From: Candidatus Bathyarchaeum sp.
GTDB lineage: Archaea; Thermoproteota; Bathyarchaeia; Bathyarchaeales; Bathyarchaeaceae
Length of the DNA stretch: 19,508 nt
Assembly: GCA_026014495.1 (NCBI GenBank)
Contig: JAOZIF010000068.1
Coordinates: 1 to 19,508 of the forward strand
Direction: 5' to 3'
Shown: positions 7,987 to 15,658 of the stretch, in pieces
How the letters are laid out: every line of letters begins with the position of its first letter
Position numbering within the stretch: the stretch's first letter is position 1
Notes under the pieces: generated by a model
The model's input: only the letters and a program-made list of their open reading frames with translations
Databases searched by the model: none
Told to the model about the DNA's origin: nothing
Program-made: the position numbers and the translations under genes

Positions 7987-8421
7987 TTGAGCCAAAAGGA
8001 AATCAAATCTGTTCTAGAAAGTTACAGAACTGTAGCTGTTGTGGGGCTATCTAGAAACCCCGTCAAAGCTAGCCATAAAGTAGCACGGTATTTGCAGTCT
8101 GTTGGTTACCGTGTTATTCCTGTTAATCCTTTTGTTGACAAACTTTTGGGAGAATCGTCGTACAAAAGCCTCTTGGATATACCCGAAAAAGTAGACATAA
8201 TAGACATATTCAGGCCCTCCGGAGATGTTTCTACCCTTGTAGATGAAGCCATCACATTAAAGAAAAAAGTTGGGTCTCCCAAGGTTATCTGGATGCAGTT
8301 AGGAATCGTTAACGAAGATGCAGCTAGGCGCGCAAAAGAGGCGGGTTTCACTGTCGTAATGGACAGATGCATTATGATGGAGCATAAACGCCTCAGCATG
8401 GAAGACGTTCTGGAACGTTGA
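7987..8421 (+). CDS. CoA-binding protein (YccU-like)
   Basis: VAVVGLSRNP.KASH.VARYLQ..GY.VIPVNP, VDIIDIFRP, WMQLGI.NE.AA..A..AG..VVMDRCIM; lies 22 nt downstream of cooC on the same strand. Confidence 0.92.
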   Translation: MSQKEIKSVLESYRTVAVVGLSRNPVKASHKVARYLQSVGYRVIPVNPFVDKLLGESSYKSLLDIPEKVDIIDIFRPSGDVSTLVDEAITLKKKVGSPKVIWMQLGIVNEDAARRAKEAGFTVVMDRCIMMEHKRLSMEDVLER

Positions 8422-8488
8422 ATGAGAAACATCTTAAATAATTGTTGCTAGTTTGTTATTACATTACACTCAAAGGAAGGAAACAGCC

Positions 8489-8632
8489 ATGGATTTGTCT
8501 GAACAAAGAATTCTCGGTTCTCTTGTCTTGCTTGCTGGTATATCATGCCTGGCAATTGGATTATACACAGACCAATTAACAACTGTAACAGAAATTATCG
8601 GTAACGTACTCAAAGCAGCAATCGCTGGTTAA
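8489..8632 (+). CDS. Small membrane protein, 47 aa (absent from the ORF track)
   Basis: MDLSEQRILGSLVLLAGISCLAIGLYTDQLTTVTEIIGNVLKAAIAG; GGAAGG SD upstream, TATA-like CTTAAATA about 50 nt upstream, one hydrophobic helix, and it fills the gap between two genes. Confidence 0.65.
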   Translation: MDLSEQRILGSLVLLAGISCLAIGLYTDQLTTVTEIIGNVLKAAIAG

Positions 8633-8648
8633 TTTATTAGGCGACTTT

Positions 8649-9662
8649 TTATTTTTTATGTGACGTCCAAAGGCCTAATAGTTGTGAGGTTTCCTTAAGA
8701 GGATTTTTTAGAACCATTGAAACTCCGACAGTGCATTCAAGCCAACACCCCTTGCATGCGGAGACTTTACGCCATGCTTCACTGTCTTGTTTTTTCAAAG
8801 CATTATCGACAGAATCACATAACGTGTCGCCAAGCATGAGGTCTGAGCGAGCAGGACACGCCAAAAGTTTTCCTTCTGGATTAATTGCAACATACAGTTC
8901 TCCAGCGTGACATATTTTTGGCGTTTTTCCCTTGAAGAACTGTTCAAAGCCTTTGAGAAACTCTGTAGGTACTGCTAGAAAACTGGGGTCAGAGTGCTTA
9001 AGTTTTAGCAAATAGTCTATCAGCTTGGAAACTTGTTTGCTGCTTGGAACATTTTCAGGTGATGGCGGATAAGGATGCATGGGCTGAACTTGAGCAAAAT
9101 CAACTTTGCTGCGGAGTTCCTCTTCTATGAATTGGGGTAAAATATCGATGTTCCATGGAGTGGCAACGCTGTTTACTCCAACTTTTACTCCATTTTTTTT
9201 CAGCAAACTTACAGCTTTAGTTGCTTTATCATAAGTTCCGGGCACTCCCCTTATCTGATCATGAACCTCTTTAGGTCCGTCAAGTGATACGACAACCGTG
9301 TCAAAGGCATCCGCTATTTCATTAACTCTGTTTTGGTTCAGGAGTGTTCCATTGGTGTTCATACTAACTAAGCATCCGTGAGATGCCACTCTCTTGGCTA
9401 GAACAATCAGGTCTTTACGCAAAAGGGGCTCGCCTCCGCTGAGGTCAAAAAATGGAACCCCCAATTTACAGACCGCATCTATTGCTGCCAATGCCTTTTT
9501 TGTTGGCAGTTCGGGGATTTCATTTTTCCACCATTCACAAAAAGTGCATTTCATGTTACATCTACCTGTCACGTTGTATGATGCAAAGAGTGGAGTGGGT
9601 CTGCCTGCCTTGAACTTGAGAAATCCAGTAACTACCTTGGTGGCTAATTGGCTTGTTTTCAT
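8649..9662 (-). CDS. Radical SAM protein with a SPASM/Twitch-like C-terminal Cys cluster
   Basis: CNMKCTFC (CxxxCxxC), SGGEPLLR, NTNG, VSLDG..EVHD.IRG, then C-terminal CHAG...INPEG...CP...CKGCWLEC. Substrate not assignable. Track start is 9677. Confidence 0.9.
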   Translation of the reverse strand: MKTSQLATKVVTGFLKFKAGRPTPLFASYNVTGRCNMKCTFCEWWKNEIPELPTKKALAAIDAVCKLGVPFFDLSGGEPLLRKDLIVLAKRVASHGCLVSMNTNGTLLNQNRVNEIADAFDTVVVSLDGPKEVHDQIRGVPGTYDKATKAVSLLKKNGVKVGVNSVATPWNIDILPQFIEEELRSKVDFAQVQPMHPYPPSPENVPSSKQVSKLIDYLLKLKHSDPSFLAVPTEFLKGFEQFFKGKTPKICHAGELYVAINPEGKLLACPARSDLMLGDTLCDSVDNALKKQDSEAWRKVSACKGCWLECTVGVSMVLKNPLKETSQLLGLWTSHKK

Positions 9663-9743
9663 GCTTCTATTCCACAACTTTTGTTATAACGTAACAAAAC
9701 TGATGTTCAGTGAATCTTAGGTATGTCCCATCTTCTTGGTAGT

Positions 9744-10325
9744 TTAATTTTTTTGTTTCATTCGGTCATACATTTTTTCTAGAGTCCAGCGGATTGAAGA
9801 TTTTAGTTCCCGTAATCTTTCAGACCTGAGGTTTGTAATTGTTATCTCTTTGATTGCGTTTCCGTCCTGTTTAATATCATAGGCCACCGTCTTTTCCGGG
9901 TCTAACTTACCTTTGCTGACATCTTCTTTGTCTTTTTCCAGCATCTTCGCCAACACTCGCTCCACAAAAAATGATATGAACGGCGGCGTATTGATGTCAA
10001 AGTTTTTATCTTCCGCCAACACGATCTGTGTTTCATCTTTTTCGGTGTATATTTGGGCTAAAACGTCTCCAGTCACAGTCTTTAATGGAATACCTTTTCT
10101 TTGTGGCTTAGCCGGAGACGGCTGTGGTGCTTCTTGTTTTTTAGGTGCCTGAACTGGCTTGTTGATTTCAGCTCTTTTGAAGCTTTCCTTAAGCAGGGTT
10201 GAGTCTATTAGACTAAGCAACGTTTTTACTCCATCTAATTCTGTTTCCATTTCTTCTACACGTTTTTCTAGGAGAGCACGCAACTTGGCTATCTTTTTGA
10301 TTTTTTCTCTTTCTTCTTCACTCAT
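9744..10325 (-). CDS. Hypothetical protein (about 193 aa) with an N-terminal coiled coil
   Basis: Heptad-like N-terminus (LRALLEKRVEEMETELDGVKTLL), Pro/Gln linker, globular C-terminus containing TPPFISFFVERVL; ATG at 10325 with a purine-rich SD. Confidence 0.8.
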   Translation of the reverse strand: MSEEEREKIKKIAKLRALLEKRVEEMETELDGVKTLLSLIDSTLLKESFKRAEINKPVQAPKKQEAPQPSPAKPQRKGIPLKTVTGDVLAQIYTEKDETQIVLAEDKNFDINTPPFISFFVERVLAKMLEKDKEDVSKGKLDPEKTVAYDIKQDGNAIKEITITNLRSERLRELKSSIRWTLEKMYDRMKQKN

Positions 10326-10482
10326 CTTTGTATTCCCTTCAAGCAACAATTCTACGTTTCAGTCCAAGCTTCAAGTGACTATTTTACAATAATACGTATG
10401 AAATAAGCCCTTTTAAGCTTGGTTTATCTTAGGAAAACAGTTACACCCAACTTAACGAAATAAAATGTATGTTTGTGAATGT

Positions 10483-10956
10483 TTATGTTGTTAGAGTGGG
10501 TAGTTCGTCGGCGTGTTTGAATTCTATGTTCCAGCCTTCTTCTAAAAAGTGTTCAAACTCCTTGAAGACACTGCTTTTTGTTTCGTTAATTTTTCGGCAG
10601 ATGTTTTTTCCTGTATACATGCAGCTTAGATCAAATATGGCGTTTTTTTGTGACAACTCTGTGTTTTCTTTAATCCAAGATATCAAGAATTCTGGGGGTC
10701 TTTCTTGGAATAGCCAACCAGTGTATGAAATGTTTACTACTTCGTAAGAGTTGCCGCGGCGGATTCCGCATTTGCGGTTTTTGGCGATTTTTTCAAATGT
10801 GGATGGGTGGATGGTTTGTGTCCAAAGAAAACTGTGGTATTTGTTGTCTTCTGTTTTTATCCAGTCTTCAGTTTCGCATGTTTCCCAACCAGTCAATCGG
10901 CATTGCTCCTTAAAATTGTCGATTAATCTCCAAACTGTGGGAAATGGAAAATTCAT
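10483..10956 (-). CDS. Hypothetical protein, 157 aa
   Basis: Clean ORF filling the gap between genes, with protein-like composition; divergent from the Lrp gene. Confidence 0.75.
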   Translation of the reverse strand: MNFPFPTVWRLIDNFKEQCRLTGWETCETEDWIKTEDNKYHSFLWTQTIHPSTFEKIAKNRKCGIRRGNSYEVVNISYTGWLFQERPPEFLISWIKENTELSQKNAIFDLSCMYTGKNICRKINETKSSVFKEFEHFLEEGWNIEFKHADELPTLTT

Positions 10957-11116
10957 TGGTATTTCCTAGTTGTTATCTATAGAATACTAATCTATTGTCA
11001 TAGATTTAAGGTTGTTTGACAGGAATGCCGAAAAAATGTTGGTTGAGTCTTCAAAAATTGAACAAATGTAGGTTGAATTGCTTTTTATGTTACATTTTTC
11101 TGTAACTTGTGGTAAA

Positions 11117-11150
11117 TTCCGTAAACTTGACAATTGAAAATTTTACGGAA
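11117..11150. promoter_or_regulatory. 34-bp imperfect palindrome, candidate Lrp operator
   Basis: TTCCGTAAA-cttga-CAATTG-aaaat-TTTACGGAA: perfect 9-bp arms with the CAATTG palindrome exactly at the centre, in the intergenic region between two divergent genes. Confidence 0.6.
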
Positions 11151-11235
11151 AAAGGTTGAAGAATCTACATTTTTCCGACAGCAAACGCTAAATTAGCAAA
11201 CTTGGCAGATAGTCTGTATATTCAAGGTTTGGACA

Positions 11236-11715
11236 ATGAAACTAAAAAACCAAGTATTTTCTCTTGATGATCTAGACTTGAAAATATTGCATATTATCCA
11301 AGAAAATTCAAAGCAAACATACTCGGAAGTGGGTCGTCAACTAGGCGTAGCCCATTCTACAGTCTATGATCGAATAAGAAAGTTAGAGAAAAGCGGTGTT
11401 ATTAAAAAATGGACCGTTGAACTTGACCTTGAAACGCTTGGTTTAAACCATATTACGGCACTCATGACCGTTTACACTGACCCAAAAGAGAGCGAGAACG
11501 TTGCAAAAAAGTTGTCAGATGCTAAGGAGGTTTTGGAGGTTTCATTGTCGCTTTCTGAAGAACTGTTGATACTTGTAAAAGTGCTTGCCAATGACCAAGA
11601 TGAGCTTCATTCGTTCATAGCAAAAAAGGTTGCACCCCTTCAGGGTGTGCTGAGAATCCGAACTTCGATAATTACAAAGAAAATTAAAGAAGAAAGGTTT
11701 TTGATTACGACATAA
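11236..11715 (+). CDS. Lrp/AsnC family transcriptional regulator
   Basis: LDDLDLKILHIIQENSKQTYSEVGRQLGVAHSTVYDRIRKLEKSGVIK HTH, followed by a RAM-type C-terminal domain ending GVLRIRTSII. Confidence 0.95.
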   Translation: MKLKNQVFSLDDLDLKILHIIQENSKQTYSEVGRQLGVAHSTVYDRIRKLEKSGVIKKWTVELDLETLGLNHITALMTVYTDPKESENVAKKLSDAKEVLEVSLSLSEELLILVKVLANDQDELHSFIAKKVAPLQGVLRIRTSIITKKIKEERFLITT

Positions 11716-11795
11716 TGAAAAGTATAAAAGTTTAAGTATCTACAGTTAAAGTGGAAAGAATCTCTTTCTTGTATTAAAACGGAGAGTTTCAATCG

Positions 11796-12125
11796 TTGAC
11801 TCCTTCATCTTCCACTCGAATTCTTAGAGAATTATCAAGAAAGAACGCTTTCTATTTCTTTTCGTCTGTAGGCAACTACACTGGACACAGAGCAATGTCT
11901 CTAGAGGAGTTTGCAACAAAAATCAGAGAAGTCGAAACTGCCTCTTTAGAGTTTCACCTATACCGAGGAGACTTCGAAAAATGGGCAGATGAAGTTCTTG
12001 AAGACCCTGAACTAACAAGAAGAATAAGTGCAGTGAAACTTTTAGAGCCCACCGGCAACGCATTACGAGACCAGATGGATTTCACAATTTCAAAACGTCT
12101 TGTGGAACTGAAGAGCAGTCAATAG
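11796..12125 (+). CDS. DUF5752-like protein, 109 aa
   Basis: AFYF....G.YTG..A.SLEEF...I.......LEFHLYRGDFEKW...L.D.EL pattern recognised as DUF5752-type; GGAGA SD before the TTG. Confidence 0.7.
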   Translation: MTPSSSTRILRELSRKNAFYFFSSVGNYTGHRAMSLEEFATKIREVETASLEFHLYRGDFEKWADEVLEDPELTRRISAVKLLEPTGNALRDQMDFTISKRLVELKSSQ

Positions 12126-12134
12126 TCTAGCGAG

Positions 12135-13895
12135 TTAGCCATCTATTTTTTTGAGTTGCCCTCTGTACATCTCAACAAGTTCTTGTGTTGTTGTTGCGTC
12201 CTCGGCAGATTTGTCCACTCGGTATTTTCCTGTGAACCGCGGAAACCTGATTGCAACTCCGCTTCCTTCTCTTATGATGTTCATGGCGCATGTGTGGATT
12301 GGGCTAAGTGTAATGTCTGCACCTCTAATTTCTATGACAACCTTTGGCTCAAACCATACGTCCATCTCGAGTGTTGAGTCTACACGGGGATGTTTATGGC
12401 TTATTTTATGGCTGTCTAGCAGTTTTGGAAGTTTTTCAAGGTCTGCGTCGGTGAATCCAGTTCCAACTTTTGTTACTGACTCAAAAGTATCCGTGTCTGG
12501 GTTGTATGCTGCCAAAAGATATGCTCCATATGTTCCTGCTCGTTTTCCTCGTCCATAGAATGCTCCAACCACGACCAAGTCCACGGTATCTGTTATTTCG
12601 CTTTTGTAGTCCCGTTTGTATTTTATCCAGAGCCATCCTCTTGCTCCTGCCTGATAAACAGAATCCTGATTCATGGATTTGCACATTATCCCCTCACTTC
12701 CATCATCAACAGTTTTCTCAAAAAACTGTTCCAGTTCCTCTGGGTTTTCTGCGATTATGCTCTCTGCCACTTTGACATTGTCTGTTTTTTCAATAATTTT
12801 TTTGAGGTATTCGTGACGGACTGGATACGGTTGTAATGTCAAATCTTTTCCATCGACATACAGGGCTTCAAACATGAAGAGCGTGATGGGGTGCTCTTTC
12901 ATTGCTTCTTGTATTCCATATTTTCGTCTGCGGTGCATTAGTTCCTGAAACGGCTTCATCTCTCCCGTTTGTGGGTCAACAGCAACTGCTTCCGCTTCCA
13001 CAATTGCTTCCTTAGCCATAACGTGCTTTTGAATATACTCGACTCCATCTGGATATTGGTCAGTGATGTTTTCTAGACGGCGTGAAAAAAGAATTACGTC
13101 ATTATTTTTCTTGTGCGCTTGTATTCTTTCGCCATCATACTTGTATTCTGCCCTGCATTTTCCTCCAAGCTTTTCAAGAATCTCGGCAGACGAGCTTAAT
13201 CGTTCAGCAAGCATTGGACGAATAGGTTCCCCAGGAAGCACCTCAAACTGTTTGATGCGCTCAATTCCTTCTTCGGCAACAAGTTTCGCAACTCTGCCCA
13301 AGTCTGATGAGATGTTGTATGCGCGTTCTAGTTCTTCACGTGTTTCTTTTCCGCCCCCAAAGGCTACTGCTAGTGCATCCAACACTGTCATGTCTGCAAT
13401 TCCTAATCTTAGGCTTCCCGTTACTGTTCGAACAATGTATTTTGCTTCGCTTGGCGATGCATCAGAGAGCAAACCCGCTAACATACTTAGTTTCATGTCC
13501 ACAGAGCCTGAACCCGTGGAGTTTGCCGTTTTGTCTAATGTTTCATAGACTCTTTGAACCGTTAATGGCGTTGAAAAAAAGGTTGACTGAGTTTTCTTTT
13601 CCATGAACTTTTGGGTAGTCTCTCCGAGGTCACCAGTTTTTTGCATGTCTTCTTCTATGTCTTTTTCTCTGTGACCCGCAGCCCGTGCAACAGCGCGTAC
13701 AGCCAGTTTCTCTGCGATTCCTATCTCTATTCCAAAAAAGTCAGGATACAGTTTTCCTTGAGTTAAATATACAACCTTGTCAATCAGGCTCGTTGGAGTC
13801 TCCTTTAGTATTTCAACTAGATAATCCGTCATTTCAAGCCTTTTTGTTGTTGCTTCAATTCTTTCGTAAGCATCAGCGATGCTGGAGTACCTCAC
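12135..13895 (-). CDS. lig: ATP-dependent DNA ligase (archaeal, about 586 aa)
   Basis: Motif I EYKYDGER, N-terminal DNA-binding domain (LRLGI), EGIMCK, WIKYKRDY, DLVVVGAFYGRGKR and IRFPRF. GTG start at 13895 with GAGGAAG SD; the track start is 13952. Confidence 0.97.
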   Translation of the reverse strand: MRYSSIADAYERIEATTKRLEMTDYLVEILKETPTSLIDKVVYLTQGKLYPDFFGIEIGIAEKLAVRAVARAAGHREKDIEEDMQKTGDLGETTQKFMEKKTQSTFFSTPLTVQRVYETLDKTANSTGSGSVDMKLSMLAGLLSDASPSEAKYIVRTVTGSLRLGIADMTVLDALAVAFGGGKETREELERAYNISSDLGRVAKLVAEEGIERIKQFEVLPGEPIRPMLAERLSSSAEILEKLGGKCRAEYKYDGERIQAHKKNNDVILFSRRLENITDQYPDGVEYIQKHVMAKEAIVEAEAVAVDPQTGEMKPFQELMHRRRKYGIQEAMKEHPITLFMFEALYVDGKDLTLQPYPVRHEYLKKIIEKTDNVKVAESIIAENPEELEQFFEKTVDDGSEGIMCKSMNQDSVYQAGARGWLWIKYKRDYKSEITDTVDLVVVGAFYGRGKRAGTYGAYLLAAYNPDTDTFESVTKVGTGFTDADLEKLPKLLDSHKISHKHPRVDSTLEMDVWFEPKVVIEIRGADITLSPIHTCAMNIIREGSGVAIRFPRFTGKYRVDKSAEDATTTQELVEMYRGQLKKIDG

Positions 13896-13939
13896 TGGAA
13901 ACTTCCTCACAACTAGAAAGATGCTTGCAAAGATATTAG

Positions 13940-13948
13940 TTTTTAAAA
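13940..13948 (-). promoter_or_regulatory. Putative TATA box for lig
   Basis: TTTTAAAAA on the minus strand about 45 nt upstream of the GTG start. Confidence 0.4.
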
Positions 13949-14071
13949 TCAAAACGTGAATTGACAGTTTTGTTATTGCTTAATTTTCCAAGAAAAACCA
14001 CGTTTTCAACAATGTACTTCTATTAGTTTCCTAATATGCCACAATAACGATTCAAACTATGATTAAATTGC

Positions 14072-14102
14072 GGGTTTGGGGTTAATTTTTACCCACAAAT
14101 CC
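14072..14102. repeat. Imperfect 31-bp palindrome whose left arm recurs at 15221-15235
   Basis: GGGTTTGGGGTTAATTTTTACCCACAAATCC; the arm GGGTTTG-GGGTTAA recurs as GGGTTTGCGGGTTAA just after the NosD-like gene. Confidence 0.4.
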
Positions 14103-14289
14103 AACAACTATCTCCTGTTCAGTAACTCTCTATCATCTACTTTCTAACTAACAATCTAAAAAAACGCACATAAAAACTGTAAATTCTTGTCAAAGTTTCT
14201 TGACCCTGAAAGCTGTGTTTTAGTCAATATTTTTTGATAAAAACCCTTTTTTCTGTTTTCAGCTATATGTTCTTGTTGGTGCATTTAGT

Positions 14290-15216
14290 GTGGGTGAAAC
14301 GAAAACAGTTTCATGTTTTCTATTTCTGTTCCTTTTTGTGTTTTTACTTTTTTATGGTGTAAACTCCGTTAATGCCCTTGTAATTAATTCTGATGGAACT
14401 GTTGACTCACCTAAGTATGTTAATCAAAACGGAGATGTGTATGTTGTTACTGCTGATGTAGGTAGTCTTACAGTGAATAGAGATAATATCATTGTTGATG
14501 GTGATTGGCATAAATTAGATGCTGGAGCAGACTCTGCAGTTCGAATGATAAATGTACAGAATGTAACGTTGAAAAATTTCATCATAACTAGGGGTGCTCA
14601 GTGTCCATTACAAGTCGGAATTGTCTTACAATACTCGTCAAATTGTACAATTTCAGGTAACACAATTTCAAGAACAGAACATGTTAATCCTAAGTTTTGG
14701 TCAACGTCTGGAATTTGTATCTCTGGTGGGGGTTCCCATACAATATCTGAAAATAACATTACAAACAATTGTGTAGGCATTCTTCTCGGATCTTCTGTTT
14801 CACCTAATACCGTAGTTGAAAATAGCATAACAAACTGCTCAACAGGAATTTCCATTACTGGTTCTTCGAGTAACCTGATTTATGGTAACAACTTTGTTCA
14901 TAATTCTAAAGATATTTTCGATATGGGTACTTCATATCCTGATGTGACTTCTTCCTCGATTAACATTTGGGATAATGGTATTACAGGCAATTACTGGAGT
15001 AACTACATGGGACAAGATATAAATGGCGATAATGTTGGCGATAGTCCTCACACAATTTTCGAGAACAACCAAGATAACTATCCTTTAATGACTCCTATAG
15101 ATATAGAAGTAATTCCTGAATTTCCTTCATTGGTAATACTGCCCTTGTTTCTAACTACAACTCTACTGTTAACAATCTGCAGAAAACGTCTGAAAAAACT
15201 AAAGATAATTTTTTAA
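14290..15216 (+). CDS. Secreted parallel beta-helix (NosD/CASH-like) cell-surface protein with a C-terminal PEF-type sorting signal
   Basis: Signal peptide ending VNSVNA; repeated I.GN.I / ENNITNN..GI.L units; N.WDNG..GNYWSNY.G.D.NGD.VGD.P; C-terminal IPEFP + hydrophobic helix + RKRLKK. Confidence 0.9.
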   Translation: MGETKTVSCFLFLFLFVFLLFYGVNSVNALVINSDGTVDSPKYVNQNGDVYVVTADVGSLTVNRDNIIVDGDWHKLDAGADSAVRMINVQNVTLKNFIITRGAQCPLQVGIVLQYSSNCTISGNTISRTEHVNPKFWSTSGICISGGGSHTISENNITNNCVGILLGSSVSPNTVVENSITNCSTGISITGSSSNLIYGNNFVHNSKDIFDMGTSYPDVTSSSINIWDNGITGNYWSNYMGQDINGDNVGDSPHTIFENNQDNYPLMTPIDIEVIPEFPSLVILPLFLTTTLLLTICRKRLKKLKIIF

Positions 15217-15318
15217 CATTGGGTTTGCGGGTTAAAATTCAGTTTTTGAGTGTTTTTTAATGTTGCTTGGGAGCGTATGAAAAATTGTCTGCAAAATTAT
15301 CATGATTTTTCAATTGTC

Positions 15319-15624
15319 TTATTTTTTTGCTAGCAGTAATAGTCCACACAGTATGTTTAGGGCTCCTATAAGCCCTAGAACGCCTACAAATAACGGGTTT
15401 AAGAACATGTTTATTGATGTTAAGATGCTGTACGCTGATATGACAGCAGTAAAGATGCCAACAGCGAACATAACAAAAGACAACACTCTGCTTGTAATCT
15501 CTGCTAATTTGAAAACGTCCAATGCTTCTGTTCCTGTGGTGTCCTTGAAAATCGGGGCTCTTTTTGGAATATAGTCTGGTGCGCGAACAGAAATTTCCCG
15601 TTTTTTCTTCGATTTTCTTGGCAA
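15319..15624 (-). CDS. Small membrane protein, 101 aa (basic N-terminus + 2 TM)
   Basis: GGTGA SD 6 nt before the TTG; two hydrophobic helices ending GALNILCGLLLLAKK; last gene of the APC operon. Confidence 0.75.
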   Translation of the reverse strand: MPRKSKKKREISVRAPDYIPKRAPIFKDTTGTEALDVFKLAEITSRVLSFVMFAVGIFTAVISAYSILTSINMFLNPLFVGVLGLIGALNILCGLLLLAKK

Positions 15625-15658
15625 CTTGACTCACCACTTAACCTAAACCATAATCTTT

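Noticed and set aside
8489-9662. The 47-aa ORF as a RiPP precursor for the radical SAM enzyme
   Set aside because: The genes are convergent, the peptide looks like a TM helix, and no RRE/PqqD, protease or exporter is present.
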